From Oikopleura dioica (lineage: Eukaryota; Animalia; Chordata), in the NCBI GenBank assembly GCA_907165135.1, contig OU015568.1, positions 9,796,001-9,860,000 on the forward strand: a stretch of DNA of 64,000 nt. The letters are read 5' to 3'. The translations under genes and the position numbers were made by a program. Positions 12,408-24,487 of this stretch are shown piece by piece. How positions within the stretch are numbered: position 1 is the first letter of the stretch; each line of letters begins with the position of its first letter. Under the pieces are notes generated by a model, which saw nothing but the letters and a program-made list of their open reading frames with translations, made no database searches and was not told the DNA's origin.

Positions 12408-15118
12408 GAAAAGTTAACCTCTCTCTGCTTTTAGAAAAAACTGCGCTCTCCTGGACAAAAAAATGCTTTAGTAAAAGAAGTCGCTTGAGCACCTAAAAAC
12501 GTTTAAAGTAAAAAATTTAGCTTGCAATTGAAAATTCTCCAAATCAACGTGGAATTGATCATTGCGGTCAAAACATCTTCCAGGACACGTTGAACTTCCG
12601 TAGATCTTTTTTGAGGATGCAAAATCGTTTTGGCCAAAATAGGAATGAGTAGCGAACCGCCCAGACCCCAGGAGCTCCTCCTCCAGGAATCAAAATATAA
12701 TTCTATTAACCGCCTTGATATTTTGAAATTCATCTTTCTTCGCATTTTTTGAGAATTTCGAACCTCGATTTAGTTCTCGTTTCTGATTGTAGTTAACGTT
12801 TTTAAGATCGTTCTTTGAAAATTATGAATTTTAGAAGTTCAGGAAAGGGTTCGCCTCTTAAATTCGCAATGATTTTTCCTAAGTAACCAGATATGACGTT
12901 AGCCGGGGATCAAGAATGCCAGTTCCGGCTAAGGACCGTCAAGAGCGATACTTGGAAACTTGAGTGTTAGAACACTCTCTAGGAAATTGCTTTTTTATTA
13001 GCGGCACCGGTGCCGCGCAGCGTTATTGCTGTCATGTATTTTTGAACAGGAAAAATGAACTGATGGAAATTAAATTCACTTCATCGAAGAATCCCCTTAA
13101 TTTCTCCCTGTCTAATAGACAAGCGTCCTTATCAGCATGCGTCACATAATGTGGGATTAAATTCAAGAAAACACGCTAGAAAAAACAAACTCAGCGAAAA
13201 TAAAGAAAAGAGCCGAAAATGGTAATTGAAAATCTCAAAGGGCGAATAAAATTTCAGAGAAGACGAATCGCCCTAAACCGCCCGAACAGGGAGGAATGCT
13301 GTTCCGTTCACCCGAACACTTCAGTTTTTTGGAATTACTCCCCTTATCGCTGATTAACGCGTTGTCCACGAAAGAAACGTTGAAATTTGGTAGACAAAGC
13401 TTTAAATTTTTGCTTTCAGCACTTTGAATTTCGACATTTTCCAAAGCCAAGTTCGGGGTACTAAATTATCCCGGATTATACGTCCAAGATAATGGGTGCA
13501 GCTTGGTTTATATTTGCATCAAAAATTGATCCTTCGTAAACTTTGTCTGGCCGACAATTGTATATGCAACCTCGCCTGAAATTGTTTTATAGATAATCTG
13601 TTTCTTCTGCCGGATTGGAGTCTTCTTTCTAAAGCTATTGTGAGGAAATTTGCAGCCGATAATCTATGAAAACTGAAAATAGCCGCCTTTCTGCACCGAA
13701 AAAAATTGCTTGGTCTTCAAAGTCAAAATCAGCAGAAAGCATTTTTTTCCAACCGGACGTTTAATTTTATTTGTTCCTTGGCTTCGCGAGCTTGAACTCG
13801 AATTTTTAGAGACAATCGTGCAATTTTCATTTTTGGGATATTCTAAAAGCGAATTCGGGAATCGGAAAGACGGCTATTTTAAGTCCAACAGAGCAAAATT
13901 AGAAATGATCTAATGTAACAGCAAAATGCTTTCTATTTCAGTGTGTTTTTCGCTGGCGAGTAATATCGCAAGACGTCTTGTTTCTAAAACTATACCTGAG
14001 GCTTATTTTAGGTCGGCAATTGCATTGCTTCTTGATAATAGTAGTAATAAATAATGTTTTATTTTGGTGCATGTGCCAAAATCGTGCTTATCTTCGATTA
14101 AAAACGATGATCATTAGTAATCATATCAATTTAGAAATAACTCGAATCGTAATTTTAGCTCGAAATTTATGATTAAAAATATAAGCTTGAGAAATATGTA
14201 GACTTTCATACGAAAAATGAGAATAGAAAAATGTCATCATCGACGGAAAATGAAACAATTTATTTGACCATGCCTGATTTTCAAATTTTTCTTGAGAAAA
14301 CTCTCTCTCTTTGGGTAAACAGTTTCTTAGTATCTTCGCATAATCTCTTTAAAAAGTCATTCCTCGTTGTTAGAAGAACATTTGATTTAACGCGTAAACA
14401 ATGCAATATGAGATCGTAGCTAGAGTTGGTCCTGACAGCTCATGCTGAGCACGACTCTCGATCGCCCTCTCTACCTTTCGGCAGCTCATACTTTTACACG
14501 GCGCTTCTTCGCCCAAGCACTAACTTGGATTAATGTCGATTCGGTAAAGATTAATCTTTGCGTTCGCATCAGACTATGATCCAATTTCATAAATCTCGCT
14601 TATACTGTATAAGTTATACAATCCTGTACGTTTCCGGATATTCCAGCAAAATGCATTTTATGACGAAACGTACTCAGTACTTCCAACAATCAGTTCGGCA
14701 CATGACATGTAAAATAAATGAACACTTTATTTTTGCGCGAGAACAGCGCAAGAATTCAATTATGGATGAATGGTTGATTCCAATCTACTGCCTGAATATT
14801 CATTTTTTAAACTGCTTAAAAACATCTCCAACGGCACATTGTGTAAGAAAATGCTGCTTTTCTAAGAGATAACACAATGGGGGATGATTCAAACCCATCT
14901 GCCCAAAAGAATGATAGAAGAACCTTCGAGAGACCGAGGCAGAGCATGTGGGATCAGTCAACAGGCTTCTAAAAATTCATTTTTTTCAGCAAAGAACAAT
15001 CCTTTTTTCGAAAAACACGAGTTTTCAATGGATACAAAGGTACTTTTAAAGCACATAAAAACAATTTTTGGGAAGCCGTGATTAGGCAATATCAAATGAG
15101 TTTTTCTGCCGAGCTAGG

Positions 15119-18100
15119 CAGTGGAGAGATGTGGCAGAGTTCGAACGCAAGGAAATGGTCTTCAATTTTCTTCGGCTTTGTGGAATTTTTTAGGAGACAT
15201 TAATAAAGAGATCATGAAAAAAGGAATTACTCAAAGTTCGTGTGTACAAATCACTAAAGCTGACTTCCCGGGCGATTCTGGTTGTCACAATGAATATCAT
15301 CTTCTTGAGGTACGTGCTTTTCCATTAACTTTACGCCGCCAAGTGTGCCATATATGGCACCAAGACTTTAAACCGCCTGTAATTTTTTTTTTTACTTGGA
15401 GTAAGAGTCTCGCCGACCCCCCTTTATACCCCTACTTTTCGCTAAACTTTCACGTGGTAGGCCTTTGGTTGGCTTAGCTTCGCTACAAATGCGTCAAAAT
15501 AGTGAATTTAGCTTCGCTACTCGTGTGCCATATATGGCACAAGAATGTATTGTGATGTGCCATATTTGGCACATTTGGCGGCGGTGGGACTTTTTCCGCC
15601 TAAAATGCATTGTAAGGAATTTTCCCTTATAAGAAGAAGATAAACATTTCCGAGATGAATCTGATGTCATTTGATGTCGTCTGATATCCTATAATGTCAA
15701 ATGTCTAACATTTGGAAGCATGACAAAAAATTTCCTATTTTCAACATCTCCAGCCGACTTTTTAAGAGTTGTGCCATATTTGGCACATCGAATACATATA
15801 TGGCACATATATGGCACATTTGGCGGCGGGGGGTGAAATTCGAGTTTGGCGGCGTAAGGTTAATAATGAATCGAAATTCCAGTGTCATCGACGTGGAGTT
15901 CTATTATTCACGTTTCGGCGAGTTGATTACACCACGCCGCCTGTACCCAACTGTAACACATCCAGCTGGAGTCTTTGCGCCATGTCACTTCAACCAGACA
16001 TCTGCGCAGCCAATTATGATGAGTTTCTCTTACTTCACGCGATCACTGATTCTTTTTCTTACACGTAAGAACTCTTTGTTTTACCGAGTAATGATCGGTA
16101 GTATGCAACATGTGGCTAATTTGGTGGTATACTGAGCTCGAGAGACGACTTCTTGTGGCGAGACATCATCTCCAGGAACAATCGTCACTGCTTCTTGGAC
16201 CACTCACGACGAATCTCATGATTGAACTAGTTTCGTACAAAATGAAATCTTCAATGCAGCTTCTTCTAAAAGAAAAATACCGAAAACCTCTATTCAAAGA
16301 TCCTCATCGAAACTATGATGAGTCCTAAACGCCCTCCACGTTCCTCCTTTTCCATCTCCATGGCCGGCCGAAGTGCAGCTCTTCAGTTTTTTGAAGCTCT
16401 ATCACATTGTCAAGGACTGTCAGTTACGAAAGCATACACTTCTAGCTAAATCTGCAATTTGCCACAAAAAGTCGAAAGCAAGGGTACTACACGTATGCTT
16501 CGTATACTGAACGGAAATCAGTTTATGCGCGAGCATCACCCGATGCGATACAACCGTATGACGGAGATACTGAAAGTCGTTGCCTGTGTCAAGCTTTCCA
16601 AGGTTCGATCCAAAGATTTCGACACTTGTCGATGACTTGGCAATTCACTAATCGAGCCTTTCAGACATTCCTGATAAAGAGTTATTTCCTCCAGAAGCCG
16701 CTCCCTGTACTCACCGTTATCTATCTCTTCAATGTTTTAGGTGGCGGGTTGATCTTATTTTCAAAATTGCTCTAGTACGTTTTAGTTGTCATTATTGTTC
16801 GATAAGAAACTGGGTAGTTATTTTTGGGAGATAATTTCAAGCGATAGCTCGTTTTTAAAGCCGTCGGCTACATTGTTTTCGCGCTCGAACGTGTCTATGG
16901 AAGCTGCATGGAATATCGAGATACGATTTGGCTGATAGGTAAACTGGTGCAAAATTTAATAAAAGGCAAAGAAAATCGAATTTCGGTACAACATTTCAAG
17001 GTGTGACGCTTACAAATCTTGGTTATGGAGATTTTACGCCTTACTTCGGCCTGTCAAGGTGATTTATTCGTAGAAATCTACTGCTCACTTTTAACGTAGA
17101 TTGATTATTTCCATCCTTTCTCTGTCTGGCATCGTGCTGACAGCCCTAATTGTTGGAGTGCTTTCGGAAGCGCTACAAATTCCAACGGAAGAGAAAAGAG
17201 TTTTGGTGTCGATGGAACACCAACGTACGTACATATCCATATTGCATGTATTTGTTGAATACCCACGCTTGCAAAGACATGCTTGCGAAATTGAATACAG
17301 TCGTGGCCGCAAATAAGACACATCACGAGTTTGATTCAAAATCACAAAATATTTACCTCTGAAATTCAATTTCGTCGATTCTAGAATCTAGATGCTGTTC
17401 AACCTCAATTACTGGTCGTCAAAATTTTCTTAGAAGGGCTATTTTGTGTCAAATCGCAACTTTTCGACCGTTGATGATCTTGGCGAACTCGATTAAAAAA
17501 ACTGAAAAATCAGTGCCAAAAACAGTGTCGTATTTTCGGTCACAACTGCAACGTATCTTTTGGTTTGTAGTTAATAAGGTCTTGAATGCCCAAAACGAGG
17601 ATTTACCATTTTGCTTTTCCGCCGCTTACTTTGCCATTTCCATAACGATATTAAGGTTCAGATAAGATTCGCCAACACGCTGCGGCACAGCTTATCCAAA
17701 GCGCCTGGAAACAGTTTCGCTTTGACGTTGAATTGCAGAATAAGCGGATAAGCATTGGCAATATCGTGGACAACTCATTCACCGAGAAGATCAAATTTAG
17801 GTTCTTGTTATCGCAAGTGAAATGAATTTGGATCGTCTGTTAAGATACAACTCAATGTTTCAACAGCGGAACCTCACGCAGAAATTTGCGGATAGCTTGT
17901 GGAGATGGCGTAAAATCAAAGCCCAAACTGATCAACTAAGAAACAGTTTCCAACCACTCTTTCGTAGGAAAAATAACAGACCTAGAAACTTTTCGACAGA
18001 GCATCTATGGAGAAAGAGTTTATCCAGGAGAATACTGCTCTTGAGACTCGATTCATTTCGCAAAAACTTGACGAGCTCGAAAAAATCGTGAAGATTGGAC

Positions 18101-19473
18101 CGACAACGCAAGAGGACAAGCTTGCTAGACACAATACTTACAGTGAAGTGGATTTCCTTCTACAGGCAGGATTTTCAATTTGATAATTTTTCAACTGATT
18201 ATATTTGACAAATCCTCTCCGACGCGTCGTTCTTCCGGAAAAAAAACGGCGAAAAGAACATCTGATCGTTGGATGAGAGCCGTTCAAAAGGCCAAATCGC
18301 AGAAAGAAAAGGCAGGCTCGACAGAAAAAATCAATGGTGTCAAGCGATCATCTTCTGCATACCTTCAAGATCCTCGAAAAGACCAGCTCGAAATTAACAG
18401 CAGGAAAGATTCACTAAAGAGACAAAGAGATAAGTATTATTGAGGATTGAAAATCTGAATCTACGTAAGTGTTGGTCGGCGGCTGTCTCTTGCAAATCCG
18501 CTTTTGCCAAAGATTGACGTCGTCGTGTCACAGGCCGAATTGAAGGACGGCCATGTTCAGGAGAAGATAAAGAGCAACTCTGCAGTTTGCTTGATGCGAC
18601 GGAACTCATTTCAATCGCACTCCACTCTCAATGCGCGGCGAAGTAGGTTCCTTTATGATTTCATTGACACTATATTTTTCTTCTTAGAGTCGCGGGTGAG
18701 CGTGCACGAGTCAAGCATTCACGAAACTGTCGAAGAGGAGAAAGCTCCGTCGAACAGCTCAAGCATTAATGTGTTTTTAGACAGGTGAGAAAAATTTCAA
18801 GGAATGAATATCGGCCCCAGGGTTCGGTATTTTGAATTCGCAAAATTATTCGTTTTTCATTTGAATTTATATTTATTCGTTTACGAATATTCTCTAATGA
18901 GCGAATATGCAAAACGAATGAAAACGAATTTTCTCGGAGAATTTTTCAGAAATTCAGCGAATTTCTCAAATATTCGCTTTGCCGCGCGCTCTGATTGGTC
19001 GGGCTTTGACGTTGCGCAGCCTATAATTTTATTTTCACCCCCCAAATAACCTTATAGCTCGCGGGCGCCACCCTTTTCTCGCCCGCGGCCCTGGAGTTCA
19101 GCCAATCCAGGGCTGTACGCTCAATTTCGAGCGAATATTCGCCCGAATAGGCGATTCGCGAACAATCGCTCATTCGCTTAAGAAAAGAGCATATTCGCTG
19201 CGTGTATTGGCGAATTTTTCGACGAATTCAAAATACCGAACCCTGATCGGCCCGGGCGATGATGACCCGCAATTACCTAAGAGAGAAACCCTAGGGTTCA
19301 TCTCCATGCTAAAATTTGTTGCTAATAACTTATCATTCAGACTTCAAGAGCGCCAAGAGTCCTTTCAAAGTGAAATGCGTTCTGAGATCTCTCGTCTGAG
19401 TGAAATCCTGACAAAACAGATGCTGGACAAAGCGTCGAATTTTCGAATGATCGACGATCCACCTGACAACTAA
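15119..19473 (+). CDS. Divergent small/intermediate-conductance Ca2+-activated K+ channel (KCNN/SK family); 5' end unresolved
   Basis: S1 ...ILVVTMNIIFLSVIDVEF; S3-S4 LHVPPF...FLKLYHIV; S5-pore GYIVFALERVYGSCMEYRDTIWLIGVTLTNLGYGDFTP; S6 GIVLTALIVGVLSEALQIPTEEKRVL; CaM-binding HAAAQLIQSAWKQF...QKFADSLWRWRKIK; final exon RLQERQES...DDPPDN*. One frame break at about 15215. Confidence 0.85.
15329..15859. mobile_element. piggyBac-like MITE (531 bp) in a KCNN intron
   Basis: TTAA at 15325-15328 and 15860-15863; TIRs CTTTACGCCGCCAA / TTGGCGGCGTAAGG (1 mismatch); internal GTGCCATATATGGCAC palindromes; removing the element leaves a normal 38-nt GT-AG intron. Confidence 0.85.
18818..19245. mobile_element. 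hAT-type MITE (428 bp) in the last KCNN intron
   Basis: Perfect 23-bp TIR CAGGGTTCGGTATTTTGAATTCG (18818-18840 / 19223-19245); 8-bp TSD ATCGGCCC (18810-18817 / 19246-19253). Confidence 0.9.
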
Positions 19474-19586
19474 AATAGTCTACTGCTTTCACAATCAACC
19501 TGTTTGAAGTGCGATTCAATAAACGACAATTTTTCTTATTTCCGCTTTCTGTTTTACATTTATTTGAAAGACAAAAAGGGAGCGCC

Positions 19587-21257
19587 CTATGCGGAGGCTT
19601 CGACAACTGGGGCGGCGACTGGCTGCTCGACGGGGATGACCTCTTCCTTGGGCTCTCGGATCTCGACGATATCGGGGTAGGGGGTCTTAGGTCCAACCTA
19701 GAAATTTGAGGTCACTTTTGTTCCTTTTTGAACGCGTTGTAGCATTTAGAAACGCTCTGAATAATGATTGTTCGACTTGCGCAACGCTTTCCAGTATTAT
19801 TCGCTGTGGGAAAGTCGGTTCACGTCATGCTCTCTAAGATTAAGCCGGACGTTGTAGCCGCGGCGCACGTGCGAAATCGAATATCTTTTGGAAGGAGCGA
19901 AACTGACCTTTCCAGCGGGGTCGTGGGGGAGCATAATCTTGACTTTGAGTCCGATGACACCCTGTCGGAGCATGACGTGTCGGACGGCGGTGTCGACGTA
20001 CTCGGTGACGGGGTGACCGGTGTGGATCATGAGTCCGTCGGTGAACTTCATGGCCTTCGCTCGCTGACCTCTCAGTTTGCCAGAGATGACGACTTCGCAA
20101 CCCTAAAACTGATTTTTATAATTCCCGATTTACTTTTATTCGCGGTTTTAAAATCGAGAGGCCGCGAAGAAAATAAAGAAGATGGATTTGCTTATCACCT
20201 TGGCTCCAGACTCCATGATGAATCGGAGGACACCGTAGGCAGCTCGTCGGACGGCAAGACCACCCTCAAGCTTGTATCGGAGGGATTCGCACTGAGCGAT
20301 GGCGCAGAGACCTCGGTTGGCGACCTTCTCGGCGAAGAGCTCGACGGCGCCGTCCTTGATCTGGAATCGCTTCTGGACCAAAGCGGTCAATTCTCGGATT
20401 CGCTTGGCCTTGTCTCCCAAAACGTTCTGGGTTCGGGTGGCGAGGATGATGATCTCAGTTCGCTAAAATTTCAAGTCAATGATTTTGAATTCAAATCTTC
20501 ACAAAAAAATTTTTATGGAAAATTCAAGCAATTTACTAGAATAAAGTTTGAATTGATTTCACGGAATCTTCAGTGATAGATCTTCAACTTTGTTGTCTTA
20601 GAGAAATTATCAACAACTCTTTTCTCTGTAATTTTAGGGTAGTTTTGATGAATGAAAATGACATTCTCGGGACATAATCCTGACCCCTATGTTTCTTATG
20701 CTTTTCTGAGAGCCGGTGATCTGGCGAGTCGAATGGTATAAGTTAGGGGTCTTAGTCATCACAAATGACGTCATAGGTTCCGTGTTATTGGTTGAAACCG
20801 ACCGGGACCTGTAACTTTTAATTTTGTATATAAAAGTATTCTGATTTTAGGCTCATGTAAAAGAGCAGCTCGAGAACTTAAAAATTACAGGTTCCGGTCC
20901 CCATATGCCTCTTCAGTCACCCAGAATGACGTTATTTTCTATGACTAAGACCCCAAAAAACATACCATTCGACTCCTCAGATCACGAGCTTTCTAATAAG
21001 CATGAGAAACCTGGGGGTTAGGATTTTGCCCTGAGAATGTGACTTTACTTCATCTTTTCGTTATCTATATACAAAATTCACTAATTGATAAAGCATTCAT
21101 TTTGTCTTTTGTTAACCTTGGGGGTGATTCGGACTTCGACGCCGGAGTAGCCATCCTCAGCGAGTTCCTTTCGGAGGTATCCGTCGAGTTCGGCTCGGAA
21201 GACACCTTCGGCGACGTGCTTTCTCTTCTTAGAGATGTTGGCAGAAGCAGTGGCCAT
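19587..21257 (-). CDS. RPS3: 40S ribosomal protein S3 (4 exons)
   Basis: [24 protein letters not shown]...[13 protein letters not shown]...[15 protein letters not shown]...[12 protein letters not shown]...[11 protein letters not shown]...; canonical GT-AG introns. Confidence 0.98.
19766..19887 (-). ncRNA. Candidate intronic H/ACA snoRNA in RPS3 intron 3
   Basis: 122 nt: stem AAGAT/ATCTT hairpin, H box AGAGCA, second hairpin (CGAC..TTTCC/GGAAA..GTCG), then ACA plus 3 nt; the host intron is about 4x typical length. Confidence 0.4.
20661..21040. mobile_element. Foldback/MITE-like element in RPS3 intron 1
   Basis: Left and right arms are long imperfect inverted copies (e.g. GAGTCGAATGGTAT..GGGGTCTTAGTCAT vs ATGACTAAGACCCC..ATACCATTCGACTC; GGACCTGTAACTTTTAA vs TTAAAAATTACAGGTTCC); no clear TSD. 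Confidence 0.8.
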
Positions 21258-21504
21258 GGTTATTTAATCGTCCGAGACAAGTCTACAACCCAAAACAATC
21301 AATTCTGTGATTTTTAAATCTGTCCCGAGAAATAAAGGAATTCCCCTAAACGAAAAGCCCCCTTTACGATAAAAATTGACGGAGATCTTCTTATAATATC
21401 TCTTTTTCTGAAAATAATCTTCTATGAGTCAGATCTCTCTTACAGTAATCAATGGGGAAAAGGAAGAAATCGGCGATCAAGCCAAAAGAAAAATTCTCGG
21501 AGCG

Positions 21505-21535
21505 CATTTATTGGCGCGTGCGCTCATTGGCTGAT
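21505..21535 (-). promoter_or_regulatory. Paired CCAAT boxes upstream of RPS3
   Basis: ATTGG at 21510 and 21526 (CCAAT on minus) flanking GCGCGTGCGC, about 250 bp upstream of the RPS3 ATG. Confidence 0.35.
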
Positions 21536-21828
21536 CCAGGCGCCCACGTTACGGTCACGCGAGATTGTGAAGGAAAACGCTACTATTCGAATTTTCTACT
21601 ATTCGATAACGCGAAAAACTGGCTCTTGAAGATTCGAGAAAAAATTTCCTTCATTTACCCATATTTTTCGTTTTAAATAGTTTTCGAAGATGAGGTTCTT
21701 TTACGACGAAAACATTTGGCCGAAAGGATTCATAAGAATTTCCTTGAAATTTTTTGAATAGCGTGTTTTCGATCATTTATTGCACATTTAATCAAATCCT
21801 AATTTTCACCAGTATAATCAAGCTGTTA

Positions 21829-22440
21829 CTAAGTATCAGTGTCGATTTGCACGAAGATAATATGAAAGAAGAGAGGAATGAAGACCACTAGAATCGTCAA
21901 GATAAACGCAATGAAACTGAATGATGATAAATACAACAGAATATGCACGAATAAGAAGGCGAAGAAAGCAAGCAGCTCGGTTCCAGTATTTTGATCCCGG
22001 ACGCCCAAAATGCACAAGTGCCAAAAATCACGAAGCGCCAATCTTTCGAGAGATTTTCCGAGAAAAGGAAATTGTTAGAAATCGGAAAGAAAATCCGGTC
22101 CCTGAGTAAAAGCGGCAAGTTGCGGACGAAATCTGTCCAAGAGGCAGTGGTTCCAAATTTCCAGTTGTACAGAATAATTCGCTCATCGAGGGAGGGTTTT
22201 TCCGTTTCGTCTGGTTGAAGTGTTGAAATTTCCGTCCGGCAGAGAGGACATGAAATCGCAGAAAAGAGCCGCCCGCTTTCCCAGACCTACAATCTCTTCA
22301 TCGATTCCTCGAGTTTGGGGTCTTACTTGAATAAGACATTTCTTGCAGAAGCGGTGGCCACAGGAGGTTTCCAATTCCGTCAAGTTTTCCAGACAAATCG
22401 GACAATCGTCTGTTCGTAAACTCATCTTATTCGTGATCTT
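21829..22440 (-). CDS. RNF170-like RING E3 ligase with C-terminal TM segments
   Basis: CPICLENLTELETSCGHRFCKKC...AISCPLCR...ILYNWKFG...WTDFVRNLPLLLR, then a hydrophobic tail; matches the RNF170 pattern. Start unresolved. Confidence 0.8.
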
Positions 22441-22559
22441 CCGACTCCGATTCTTCCCATTCTAGCGCGGGAAATAATAAGATACCAGAAAATAAGTTTT
22501 AGCAAATTTTTATTGAATACAGCGTTCGTGTGAAAACACTACTTTTACTTTGAAGTTAT

Positions 22560-23225
22560 TTTTGTAGAAAGGGTTTTTATTTTCATCCCAGATGACCTCG
22601 ATTCGGGTTGACTGAAGTTTGTGGGTACAGGAATCCAACAATTGGCTTATCATCCGGTTTATCGAAATGAATAAAAGTCCTTTTCCGCGGACTTTTTGGT
22701 TTTAAAATTTTTCGAAAGAGCGGTGCTTCTTAGCGTAAACCGTGTCGAGAGAAAAGGCATCAGTTGGATGAAAACGAGCAAGTAGACGAGAAAACTGACG
22801 ATCCAGGGTCGTCTTGAGGGCACAGTTCGTCGAGAGTAGCCCGAATCGTTGCGATAGAGCGAGTTGAAATTCCGGAGTTCTTGAGGAATCGGCGCGTCGG
22901 TTGAAGTCCAACTCAGAAGTGTCACGACTTCGCGGCAGATTGGACAGAAGAAGGGAACCCACTCTTCTCCCTCGTCTGAAAATTGAACAGAAACAACAGA
23001 GAAGAGGGTGAAGAACTTACTTTCGGAATTCTCCGACTCCCACATTTTCAACATGCACCTGAGACAAAACTTATGGCTGCACAAAGTCATCACATATGTA
23101 AATGGCGAAACTAGGCAAATCGGGCATTTCTCCAGTTTTCTCGTCTCTTCGTCTGACAGATAGTCGAGGCTCTCTTCAGGCTCGGACGAAGTAGAGGCAT
23201 ACTGGGAGATGTCTGTTCCAGACAT
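22560..23225 (-). CDS. Second RNF170-like RING protein (tandem paralog, or N-terminal half of a two-RING gene)
   Basis: ATG 23225; CPICLVSPFTYVMTLCSHKFCLRCML...FFCPICREVVTLL...FNSLY, then the TM-like WIVSFLVYLLVFIQLMPFL; 3' end uncertain. Confidence 0.7.
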
Positions 23226-24487
23226 TCTTATTTTTCGCACTCTTTACCTATCCGATTCTGGTCCGATTACGATTCGTTTTACATTCGTCTTTAAAATCGT
23301 TTTGAATAATACGAAGTAAGAATATCTGAAGTTTATTGTTTTCTCAAGTCAATTGAGATTTCTGCTTTCACTTGAGACAAGTTGTTTAGTCTCGGAATAG
23401 AAGTGAGTTAACAAACTTGGTATCATCAATTTTAGGAAAGAAAATAAGAAAATTTTTATTAAAAGAAATCTTCGAAAAATTGGAAGAAAGAAATTTCAAT
23501 TGAAGAAAACTCGAACAAACAGAAGAGTTAGAGGAGCGAGAATGTTTCTTTTTTAAATTTTATAGTAACGTTGATTTTTTTGTAGAATGATGAAATCTCG
23601 ATGATTCATTAGAGGGACCGAAGAAAGGGGGAGGATGGGTCACTGAAGAACCGGAATGAAATGGGGCCGGAATGAGACTGGGCGCTAGTATTTTATTCAG
23701 AAAACTATGATATGATAAGTTGGTTTTCATTAGCTTTTTGCCCGTTTTCCAACCAAAGTTCAGTCAGAATCAAGGATGAAAATCGAAGATGAGTACTTTA
23801 GTAAAGTCGAGCGACAAAGAGCTCATACCACGATCAACATCCCTTGCCAGTAAGTGTCAGCATCCATTAGTTTAGAATTAGAAAGTAAAAAGCCAATAAG
23901 GCACTGGTAAGTAAAGCTTTTGAGGCAGAGGTGAATAGTGAAATTACATGGACAATCAGCAACTGTACAAGAAATAAAGGACGATAAAATAATTTTCGGA
24001 TAAGTTATTGTGGACATAATATTGATGAGTTGATAGTAAAGTTTGAGGAAGTTTCTTTTTAAATAAGTAAATTAAACTAAATCGTGTCGTATTTGAACCT
24101 TTTAGAAGTGCATGGGTGTGTGTCGTGCCAATACGAAGTAAGGGCGTCAGTCAAAAAGTTGTAAATGTTCAGGCATAAGAGAATAAGAAGAATAAGTTGA
24201 ACTAGAAGTTGAGAGAATTGGGAGACACTCAAATGAAGACAGTGGAATTCAATGAAAAAAAGCGGCGATAGGAAGTAATTTAAATTAATTTACAGAAAGC
24301 AAAAGTGGTCTTAATTTGGAGCTTTGCATGCAGTTGAATATTTTTTTTGTTATTTGAATGGTACTTATGAGTAAACTCGGCTTTATAATGCTTTAAAAAA
24401 GAGGCTTAGAAGTTCTAAGTTAGAACTCATTTTCATAAGTTGATAGTATAGGCTTTAAAGAGTATCAAAATCTTGTTTCTGGACTTT

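Noticed and set aside
13235-13700. Serpin-like snippet LKLCLPNFNVSF and Cys-containing fragments
   Set aside because: No other serpin motifs and no consistent exon chain; left unannotated.
15345-15820. Repeated palindromes resembling a CRISPR array
   Set aside because: Eukaryotic context, irregular spacing, no cas genes; they lie inside a TTAA-flanked MITE.
19764-20576. 270-aa plus-strand ORF
   Set aside because: Antisense shadow of RPS3 exons, an effect of biased codon usage.
20570-20765. Possible box C/D snoRNA (GTGATGA...CTGA) in RPS3 intron 1
   Set aside because: The C box lies in the foldback element, the D box is about 190 nt away, and there is no terminal stem.
23250-24480. AT-rich stretch with a small ORF (23823-24017)
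   Set aside because: Best explained as the long MRCK 3'UTR plus the RING-gene upstream region; the ORF has no coding signature.
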